Positions 38,520 to 49,309 of a stretch of 64,000 nucleotides of DNA are shown here, one piece after another. Source of the stretch: Octopus bimaculoides. Taxonomy: Eukaryota. Where the stretch lies: the NCBI RefSeq assembly GCF_001194135.2, contig NC_068985.1:106473462-106537461 (forward strand). The letters run 5' to 3'. Made by a program: the position numbers and the translations under genes. Numbering within the stretch: the stretch's first letter is position 1; the number at the start of each line of letters is the position of its first letter. The notes under the pieces were generated by a model. It searched no databases. It saw only the letters and a program-made list of their open reading frames with translations, and had not been told where the DNA came from.

Positions 38520-38705
38520 TAGACACAAGGCCCAACATTTTTGGGGAGGGGACCAGTCGATTAGATCGACCCCAGTATGCAACTGGTACTTAATTTATCG
38601 ACCCCAAAAGGATGAAAAGCAAAGCTGACCTCAGTGGAATTTGAACTCAGAATGTATACCACTACGCATTTCGCCAGGCATGCTAATGCTTCAGCCAGCT
38701 CGCTG
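38520..38705 (-). mobile_element. Family B SINE
   Basis: Matches 12790-13020. Confidence 0.8.
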
Positions 38706-39922
38706 CTTTCATTAGAGTTGATATTAAGATGTAACAGTCTGTATGCATTTCTAGGTAGATATGTTGGGTGAAAGAGCTGGAGGAGTGGGGAGAGTGGTAT
38801 GTAAATGATGGAATAGTGTGTGGGTGAGTGGGTAAGTGGAGTGGTGGATGAATGAGTGGAGTGGTGGATGGGTGGAGGACTGGTGTGTGTGTGTGTATAT
38901 GTGTGTGTGTGTATGTATGTATTTATGTATGTATGTATGTATGTATGTATGTATGTATTTACGTTTGTAAATATGTGTGTATGTCTGTGTGGAGAAGTGA
39001 GATGTTGGGTATATGTATGTGTGTGCATGTATTTGATTACTTGTATGTACAAATAATAGTGTATGTATGCACATCCTTGCATGTGTATGTATCTGTACAT
39101 GTTTATGCATAAATGTGCATGTTTGTGCATGTGTATGCGTGCATATATGCACGTGTTTGAATATGCATGTATTGTCACACTCATGTTTATGGGTTTATGC
39201 ATGCGCAGTGTATAAATTAGTTACCCATGTGCAGAAATTCTGACTGCTAAAATAATACTGCATAAGGGATTATCTGTAATATCAGATTACAAAGGATTAT
39301 CTACTGAGTGGATTTCCTGAAGTGAAATATAAATAAATAAGGGTTAGATATAAAAAGATTAGGTTACAATAAGGTTAGCTAATAATATCTCTCATGGCCT
39401 CTAAATATGTCCTCTATCCATCCTGTGACTTCAGTGAGGAGAGAAGCTGTAGGTGAGTCTTTTTCTATCTCTTCACAGATCAAGTTTGTTACATTCTATC
39501 ATAACTGTTCAACAATAATACACTATTTTACAATGTCAAAAACCCCTGCTATCTCTACCACAACTACCACCAAAACTAATATCAACACCAGCACCACACC
39601 ACCCACTATCACTACCACCTGCCACCTCCATCATCACCACTACAACCTCCACTACCACCACCTTCACCACCACGACCATGACGATCATGATGCCGACCAC
39701 CACTACCACCTCCCACTCCTCCATCATCACCACGACCACCCCCACTGCCAACACCTCCATCATTACCGTTAACACCACCTCCACTATCACCACCGCCTCT
39801 AGCACCATTACTTCTCAATACTAACACCACTCTGAGATTGTGCACAATCCTATATCTTGCATAAGTTCACAGCCATATGTCATGCAGGTCTGATCACCAG
39901 GCTTGAACATCCTCACAGGATG

Positions 39923-40093
39923 ATAAAAAAAAGTGCAGGAGTGGCTGTGTGGTAAGTAGCTTGCTTACCAACCACATGGTTCTGGGTTCAGTCCCACTGT
40001 GTGGCACCTTGGGCAAGTGTCTTCTACTATAGCCTTGGGCCGACCAAAGCCTTGTGAGTGGATATGGTAGACGGAAACTGAAAGAAGCCCGTC

Positions 40094-40141
<48 letters not shown>

Positions 40142-40380
40142 GTATATATATGTATGTATGTGTGTGTGTGCGTATGTTTGTGTCTGCATTTGTCCTCCTA
40201 GCATTGCTTGACAACCGATGCTGGTGTGTTTATGTCCCACTTAGCAGTTTGGCAAAAAGAGATCGATAGAATAAGTACTAGGCTTACAAAGAATAAGTCC
40301 CAAGGTCGATTTGCTCGACTAAAGGCGGTGCTCCAGCATGGCCACAGTCAAATGACTGAAACAAGTAAAGAGTAAAGAGA
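39923..40380 (+). mobile_element. Family A SINE, full length
   Basis: Near-identical head and tail to 16148-16537. Additional partial copies lie at about 40572-40730, 41100-41265 and 41650-41785. Confidence 0.9.
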
Positions 40381-40734
40381 GTTACAGGTTGATCCATTCC
40401 ACAAAAACAGTGGCCTATGAATTTTAGCCATCCTTGTTTTGATTGACTGTCTGACAGGCTGTAAAGATCCATATAGTGACTTGTTTGATATATGGTTAGC
40501 ATAAGAAGTGTTAAGGGCCTTGCATAGAAGTGAAGGGAGATATTTACTCTTGAGTTGAAGTTGATGTCCATGAGTGACTGTGAGGTAAGAAGCTTGCTTT
40601 CAAAGCACACAGTTCCATGTTCAGTCCCACTGTGTAGCACCTTGGGCAAGTGTCTTCTGTTATAGCCTTGGCCTAACCAAAGTCTTGTGAGTGGATTTGA
40701 TAGAGGGAAACTGAAAGAAGCCTGTCGTATATAA

Positions 40735-40920
40735 ATATAGTTGAAATTTACAGAAAAACAAAGGATGAAGACAGGTGTATGAACAACAAGCAGGTGTATT
40801 AGTTTTATGCTCGGGAAAGTGAGAAAGTCTTTTACGTTTCAAGCCTATGCTTTTCAACAGAAAGGGACACATGGAAATAAAGAGAGAGAGAATAAAAAAA
40901 ACTTGTGAATTTAGTGATCA
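40735..40920 (-). mobile_element. PLE terminal-repeat-like remnant with a hammerhead-like core
   Basis: Minus strand 40860-40833 reads CTGTTGA-A-AAGC-ATAG-GCTT-GAAAC-GTA and abuts TATATA. Confidence 0.5.
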
Positions 40921-42290
40921 ATCATATAATCATATACACACATATAAATGTTAGGAAAGGCATCTAGCGATAGAAATCATACCAGAACCAACAATAGAGC
41001 TTGGCACAGTCCTCTGGCTTACCAGATTTTATCAAACCATCCAACTCACACCAGCATGGAAAATGCTGGTGTGATGTTAAATGATGATGATATATATACA
41101 AGGGCAGGAGTGGCACTATGGTAAGTAGCTTGCTTACCAACTACATGATTCTGGGTTCAGTCCTACTGTGTGGCACCTTGGGCAAGTGTCTTTTACTATA
41201 GCCTCAGGCCAGCCAAAGCTTTGTGAGTGGATTTGGTAGATGGAGACTGAAAGAAACTTGTTGTATATATATATATATACATATATATATATAGAAAATG
41301 CTAAAATAATTTTATAAAAAACATTTCAGTACCGGTTTCAGTCATTGAGACTTTTTCAACTGTAAGTATGGAAAACAATTAAATTTTGGAAAAATTAAAA
41401 GAAAAGTGTTTTAAAAGAATATTTTCATAGTATTCAAATACAAGGGGCATTTCCCTTGTTTCTACCTGTCTCTGTCTCTCTTGTTTACTCTTGTGGGTTC
41501 GAGGTCGTTGTGAATTCTTGGCAGAGAAGAAGGAGGAGGAGGCGGGAATGCCACGATAGTAGTAGGATGTTAAATGGTCAAGTGCCCTGAAAGTAACTTG
41601 TTGTGGATGGTAGTAGTGAGTGAAGATTCTTTCAGTCTCTGCCTGCCAAATCTACACATAAAGCTTGGGTCAGACTGGGGCTATAGCAGAAGATACTTGC
41701 CCAAGGTACCACACACTGGGACTGAACCTGGAACCATCTGTTTATGAAGCAAGCTCCTCAACCACACAAGCATGGTTGCACCTTATAAGCCGTCATCCTC
41801 ATCATCTTTATCATCATTAAATATCCATGTTCCATGCTGGCATGAGTAAGATGGTTTGACAGGAGCTGATGGATCCCGAGGCCACATCATGCTCCACTGT
41901 CTACCTTGGCATGGTTTGCTCTATCTAAGAGTAGAGAATATGGCTTAGGATAATTTGCACAATCAAAATAAAAATAAACTCAAAGAAATAACTCAGGGTG
42001 GCCAATGGCATTAAATTTGAACAACGAACACCAAGAAAGATATACTAAATACCATACAAGATAACTTTTAGATTTATTGAAACCAGCTTCTCTTTGAGAT
42101 AAAGTAAACAAACACCAATCAGTAACCGACTCTAAATGAGAAGGGGCAATGATCTCCAGCAATCAACAATCCAATGAGTTAACATTTGCCATTAAGGAAA
42201 AAATAACTGTTTTGTTTTTTTCTGACAAAACATTTTTGCAAAGTTTCTGTTAACGAAATTTTACTCACAAAACATTCCTGAATCCAAGGC

Positions 42291-42342
<52 letters not shown>

Positions 42343-42473
42343 NNNNNNNNNNNNNNNNNNNNNNNNNNNNNNNNNNNNNNNNNNNNNNNNNNNNNNNNTA
42401 TATGTTATGTTTTATGTGTGTGTGTATAGGTATCACTAAACATTAGACCCAAGGCCATGTGTATGCACGTGCA

Positions 42474-42508
<35 letters not shown>

Positions 42509-42769
42509 AAGAGTGTGTGTGTATACAAGGGTGCATTGTACATGCATGCATAAGTGTATATGTGAGAGTGTGTATGTGTGTGTGTTTATGTGTGTGTATA
42601 TGTGTGTACAGTCAGTTTTAAATTTTACAATATACTATTCTAGGTGCTATGTTGTGGCCTATGATAGTATTATTAGTGGGGGTAAAGGACACACCCACTT
42701 CATCCTCCCCCCCACACACAACAAATAATGTTGACAAATATTACTGGCTGTATTGATACTATATAACCC

Positions 42770-43760
42770 CAAGATTTAGTTATTATTTCTAGCAGTTCAA
42801 ACAATCACTTAGAGGTTCTTTCGCCAGTTTTGTTTTTGCTGGTTAGTCACAAATCCGTCCTGATTGCACAAATCTGTAATCAGAGACATTCCAGCCATGG
42901 CTATCCTGTCTTTTTGCATATTTGGAACTATGCTGGCTAGTGTGTTCTTCCTTAATTTTTAGAGGGTAGAAAGATTTGGCTGTTACTTCTTATTTCTTTA
43001 TGTCCACAAGGGCTAAACATAGAGGGGACAAACAAGGACAGACAAAGGGATTAAGTCGATTACATGGACCCCAGTGCGTAACTGGTACTTAATTTATTGA
43101 CCTCGAAAGGATGAAAGGCAAAGTCGACCTCGGCGGAATTTGAACTCGGAACAGAATACCGCTAGGCATTTCACCCGGCGTGCTAACGATTCTGCCAGCT
43201 CGCTGCCTTGCTGTTACTTCTTGATGCTCCCTTCCCAGTGTTGCTGTTTAGCCCAGGGCCATCCTGCTAGTCTGCTCAAGCAGAACTGGCCTTGGGTCAT
43301 GCATATTATCCAATGCCTTCCTTTTTTAGGCATAGTAGTGTGTGATTTGAAAGAGATTTGGCTGTTTTTTCTTGCAGGTCAAATAACCACTTAGGGGCTC
43401 CTTTGCAAGTCTCATTGATTATTTAGTTCCAGATCTGTCTTGACTAAGCAAACCTGTAATCAAAGGTATTCCAACCATGGCTATCCTGTCTTTTTGTATA
43501 CCTGGAACTACACTGGCTCAGAATAGTGTGAAATTTGAGAGATTTGGCTGCTATTTCTAGAGCCTCCCTTCCTAGTGTTGTTGCTATTGAGCAGACCTAT
43601 TATCAAATGAGTTCCACCCATGATTTTTGTAGTTTTGTGAATCAAGGCCTACACTGTCTAATGTGTCCCTCTTCATTTTCCAGAAGTTAGGATGAGATTT
43701 GAGAGATTTAGCTGCTCTTTCTAGTAAACTGACCGACCACAGAGTGATTCTATCTCATGG
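42770..43760. repeat. Diverged tandem array of a roughly 170-200-bp dispersed repeat
   Basis: GAGATTTGGCTGCTATTTCTAG and ATTCCA.CCATGGCTATCCTGTCTTTTTG recur several times; single copies occur elsewhere in the window. Confidence 0.65.
42992..43209 (-). mobile_element. Family B SINE with a 13-bp TSD
   Basis: TSD GCTGTTACTTCTT at 42979-42991 and 43210-43222. Confidence 0.9.
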
Positions 43761-45937
43761 CTCATCCTCTTGAGTGTTGTTGTCTTTGGTGCTTGTAAGC
43801 AAACAGTGGCTCAGTGCTGTGTTGATGCAGGTCATACGCATGTGCTTGTTTGGGTGGTGTGATCTAGTGGATGTTTGTGTATAGAAGTGGCATTGAGGTG
43901 AGGGGAATTGAAGTCTTTGTAGTGTAGAGGGCTTGTAGAGTGAGGGTGGTGGTGGTGGTGTGATGTATGAGGTGGTACAGTAGTCTGATAGTGGTGGTGG
44001 AGAAAAGGTTGGATGTATGTTGGCAGTGGTGATTGTGGTGGTGGTGGTGGTGGTGGCATATGGTAGGTGCTGTGGTTCTTGTTTGTCATGGGTTGTGTGT
44101 AATTGTGTGAGTGTGTAAGTGCGTATGTGTGAATGTGTGCATGAGTATGTGTGTGCATGTGCGTGAGTGTGTGTGTATATGTGTGTGTGTATGTGTGTAT
44201 GCATGTGCGTGTATGTGTGTGTGTTTGTGCGAGTATGTAAGTGCATGTGTGTGCGTATGTATGTGAAAGTGTATGTGTGCACATGTGTATGAGCGCTTGT
44301 ATGAGTGCGTGTGAGTGTATGTATGTATGTATGTACATGTGAGTGTGCCCGTGCGTTTGTGCTTGCGTGCGAGTGTGAGACTGTGTCTATATATATGTGT
44401 TTGAGTGTGTGAGGCTGCGTCTGTATATATGTATACGCGAGAGAGAGAGAGAGAGAGAACGTGTTTGTGCATGTGTGGAGTGAAAGTGCATCTGTATACA
44501 TGTGTGTGTGCATGTGTATGTATGCATGCGTGAGAAATGTGTCTGAGTGTAAATGTGTGCACGTCTACGTGTGAGTGTGTGAATGTGAGTGCGTGTGTGT
44601 GTGTTCGGGCGCGTGTGTGCTGGCTAGGTAAGGTAGTGGAGTAGGCAATGTGACCGTGGTCAGATGAATCAGGTGATATTTACGTCAGAATATAAATAAG
44701 GTAAAAAGACAGTAACTTCCATGACACTGCCGTCACATAACAACCCTCACCCACCACAGCTGCGCGCACACACACACACAAACCGACATCTGCTGTCAGA
44801 CCACTTCCCCCTCCTCCTCCGTTAGATCACAACCACCACCACCACCACAACAACACCACCACCAACAACAACGACGACTGCGCTGTCCATCTTGTTAGGT
44901 GAATGACAGGTGACATGGTCCCTTAGAAAAACATTTTCAGAGACTAGACTATGGAAGACAAGAGAAAAGGTGTGGAGGGGAGAGGGATGAAGTGGTGGGG
45001 GAGGGAGAGAGGGGATTTTAATGAGAGTCACCCCCTCCCCTCTTCCTTACTCGTCTCCATTAATGAGTGGTCTTGCTGGTGATGGTNNNNNNNNNNNNNN
45101 NNNNNNNNNNNNNNNNNNNNNNNNNNNNNNNNNNNNNNNNNNNNNNNNNNNGGGGGGGGGGGGTTAGTGATGATTGTAGTAAAGGCGGCGGTGGCGAGAG
45201 TTGGGTAGTCGTGCTGCCTTGTCAGCACTGGTGGAGGCTGTAGCGGTGTTGATGGTTTTTGGTGGCGGCGGCGGTGGTAGGCGTGGTGGTGTTGCTGTTG
45301 GTGGTGGTTGTATGGTGTGATATTACCAGTCATGTTGGTGGTAGCAGGAATAATAATAATAATAATAATGAGAAGAATGATGATGACGATGGTGGTGATT
45401 GTTGGTAGCCGCAGTAAGAGTGGTAGGGGCGTTTGTAGTAGAAACGTCAGTAAAGGTGGGTGACAAGTTATCCCCCCTATCTTACCTAATGACAGCCTAA
45501 TCAGGCGATATTTGTTTACTGTTGTGACTGATTTTTAAACCGTTTCCTGTATTTAACATTTCATTTGAGAATTTCAGCATTGCTATGATAACTAGTGTAT
45601 ACACACAAACGTCCACTTTTATATACGTTACACACACATATGCTTGTGTCTATGCCATGCATGTAATATATAAAACTGTGCATGTTTGCCTGCACACACA
45701 CACACACACACATACAACGTATATTTATTATACACGTGTGTAATGCGACAAGTTGGTAGAATCATTACCACACTGCACCAAATGCTAAGTAACATTTTCC
45801 CCAGCTTTACATTCTGAGTTCAAATACTTCTGAGGTTCCACTTCATCTTTATTCCTTTTGGTGGGTAAAGTACCAGCCGAGCACTGAGGTTGATGTAATC
45901 GACTCCCCCACACCTCAAAATTACTGGTTTTGTGTGT

Positions 45938-46688
45938 GATGTATTCTTTTATTTGTTTCACTCATTTGACTGCGGCCATGCAGGAGCACCGCCTTTATTC
46001 GAACAAATCGACCCCAGGACATATTCTTTGTAAGCCTAGTACTTATTCTATCGGTCTCTTTTGCCGAACCGCTAAGTTACGGGGACGTAAACACACCAGC
46101 ATCGGTTGTCAAGCGATGTTGGGGGGACAAACACAGACACACACACACACACACANNNNNNNNNNNNNNNNNNNNNNNNNNNNNNNNNNNNNNNNNNNNN
46201 NNNNNNNNNNNNNNNNNNNNNNNNNNNNNNNNNNNNNNNNNNNNNNNNNNNNNNNNNNNNNNNNNNNNNNNNNNNNNNNNNNNNNNNNNNNNNNNNNNNN
46301 NNNNNNNNNNNNNNNNNNNNNNNNNNNNNNNNNNNNNNNNNNNNNNNNNNNNNNNNNNNNNNNNNNNNNNNNNNNNNNNNNNNNNNNNNNNNNNNNNNNN
46401 NNNNNNNNNNNNNNNNNNNNNNNNNNNNNNNNNNNNNNNNNNNNNNNNNNNNNNNNNNNNNNNNNNNNNNNNNNNNNNNNNNNNNNNNNNNNNNNNNNNN
46501 NNNNNNNNNNNNNNTATATATATACGACGGGCTTCTTTCAGTTTCCGTCTACCAAATCCACTCACAAGGCTTTGGTCGGCCTGAGGCTATAGTAGAAGAC
46601 ACTTGCACAAGGTGCCACGCAGTGGGACTGAACCCAGAACCATGTGGTTGGTAAGCAAGCTACTTACCACACAGCCACTCCTGCGCCT
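45938..46688 (-). mobile_element. Family A SINE with an assembly gap in its internal microsatellite
   Basis: Tail at 45938-46155 and head at 46515-46688. Confidence 0.88.
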
Positions 46689-48583
46689 GTATGTTTATTA
46701 TATATGTGTGTGTATATTTTATTCACACACAGATAAAACAGAATGCTAAGGGACCAGTGGAGATCTTTGTCAAAAAGTCTTGTATTTTCTGGAAAAAGAG
46801 ACAGGAGGTACAGTGAAATTTCCCCTAGGGAGTAGAATACCCAATATTTCAAACTTTCCTTCTGAGTAAAGTAGAAACTTATTTAGAAGAAAGACAGTAT
46901 AGTTTTACACCCTCTGTAAAACAGTACATTAGACTTCTCTTAGTGACAACGATCACATCATCAGGGGCAATTAATGTAATGTGGTGCATGTTATATAATG
47001 GACTGATCAGTTTTATATTTGCTAACATTATCATCTTTTGAACTCCAAATACATTCAGATATTGAACTTGTGATTTGGCTGAATGTATGCATATGCTGTT
47101 ATAACTTTTTTTAAAGGAATTTTCAGTAAGCTCTGTTTACACATGTCCTCTGCTACCCTATCATCTATCACACTCACCGAAATGTAATTATTATTATAAA
47201 TAAAATATATATTTCAACTATACTTGTTTTCGATTTATTTCTATTATAGTAGAATTGTTACCATATTGGATGAAATGTCTACAGCTATTTCTTCTGACTC
47301 TTTATGTTCTGAGTTAAAATTCCATTGAGGTCAACTTTACCTTTCATCCTTTTGGGATCAATAAAATAAATACCAGTTGAGCAAAAAGGTCAATGTGATT
47401 GACTAACCCACTCCCACTAAAAAATTACTAGCCTCATGCCAAAATTTGACACAATATTTCTATTATGGAACACTTGGTGGTTTGAGTAAGACATCAGGCA
47501 GACAACCATTATCATATTTAACCTTACTGTATGTATATTTGTTCAGCCTGTATCTTACACAAACACTATCAATATTAATAACTTGTAAGGACACTGTATT
47601 TTGTTATGCAACCATACTATACTATAATTTCTACAGAAAATCTGTAGAGATAACCTTAACTGAAAAAAAAGGAACCCCCCCCCCATCGATCATGAATGAC
47701 CAGAAAGTTCTCCACTGAGGCAAAAGTCCAGGCAAGGTTGTTTATGGAAGACCATCAGTTGCCCATGTATACCAGTCTCCCCTCTCTATGCCAATGATGT
47801 TATCCAGAGGAAGGGAAAAGGCCAATACAGCTTGGCACCAGTGATGTCGGGCTAGAAATCAAACTCACTACCTCATGATTGTGAGCCTGACACTCTAACC
47901 ACTGTGCCATGCATCTTCACAACTTTAACAACTATTAATATTATGAATAACAACGTTGTGGGTAATATGATGTTGTAAGATAATTCAGGTACATACAGTT
48001 TCTGCTCAGGGCATCTTCATGCTCAAACTTTAAATCCAGTGATATGCTAATTGCCTAAGAGAAAGTGGGCTATAAGCAATTTGTAAATTAAGCTGATACA
48101 TGTATAATAGAATAAAAGGACAGACAACTGTAGGGGACAATTGGCAAACCTTGTTCCTTTGTCCCTTTCAGCTTTTTAATGTTTTACCTGTGATGACCTG
48201 TTTCTGCCTCCCAAATTATATATCCACACAACAGACTTACCTTTTGGCTATTTCTGAAGTATACCAGTGTATATTGCAACCATTATGAACATCCCTTAGA
48301 GGAACTTTCACTGATCTCTTATGATTTATACTCTTTTGTACATTTATTTCTTTTTATGAGTCAAATAAATATATATAAATATCATAATCTGCCTTGATAC
48401 CATTGCTATTGTAATTTACAAAATTATATAGAATCATTTGTGTCACAGAACTCCAAGAAATTTGATCTTTTTCCATTCCCTGTACCATGACCATATCCTT
48501 TAGGTACACTAAAGTAGCCATTGTAATGTCGCCTATCTTGTGTATTAAAATTATCAGCCATGATAAGGTCACTGACACTTGAT

Positions 48584-48810
48584 TTAATCCTTTAGCATTT
48601 AAACTGGCCATATCCGGCCAATATATTCTACCTGTTTTATGTTCAAACTGGCCAGATCTGGTTTCTCACATTAAACCTACAATATTATTCTAAGAATTAA
48701 GTTACTTCATCGAAATCTCAAAGCTACAAGATAATGCATGATTAATTCAAAACAATGTGAATAAATAAGCATAACTTCTGAGAGAATAATGTGAATGTTA
48801 AAGGTAGTTT
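48584..48810. mobile_element. piggyBac-like MITE
   Basis: TTAA-TCCTTTAGCATTTAAA start; same family as 4050-4110. Confidence 0.5.
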
Positions 48811-48895
48811 ATACAAGAAGACCTCATAAAAGCTGTCATTTGTAAGTCCTGACTTTGGTAGATAGGCAGACATCACTACTGCTATTGTATTGCCT

Positions 48896-49019
48896 AAATA
48901 ATAGCATACAATCATACATACATCTATATGTACATAAATAATAGCATACAATCATACATACATCTATATGTACATAAATAATAGCATACAATCATACATA
49001 CATCTATATGTACATAAAT
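48896..49019. repeat. 40-bp tandem repeat, three identical copies
   Basis: AAATAATAGCATACAATCATACATACATCTATATGTACAT x3. Confidence 0.95.
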
Positions 49020-49248
49020 GTAAACACAAATACATACTTACATACATACTGATATTCATATGTTTGTACATATACACATATGCACATAAAAATAAAAAAA
49101 ATACTTGTGTACAAACATCCATTCATATATATATATTGTATTTATAACTATGCAGTTAATGAGTAAATCTCAATGAAAGCAGCTTGTTTCTGAGTTAGGA
49201 ACTGGATTCTTCTCTATTGATGTAAAATTTGGCAAATAAATTCTGAAG

Positions 49249-49292
<44 letters not shown>

Positions 49293-49309
49293 GAGGTGCT
49301 GAAAAATAC

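Noticed and set aside
39407-39845. His-rich, Val-rich and Gly-rich ORFs
   Set aside because: The (CAC/CAT)n low-complexity tract is open in several frames on both strands; no splice or homology support.
43755-44562. 150-250-aa His/Thr-rich ORFs (also 38561-39202, 9876-10460 and 59421-59787)
   Set aside because: These are translations of compound (CA/TG/TA)n microsatellites, with no domain content.
46725-46810. Possible short exon (open frames IKQNAKGP... or MLRDQWRSL...)
   Set aside because: Weak donor (GTACAG) and no recognisable protein.
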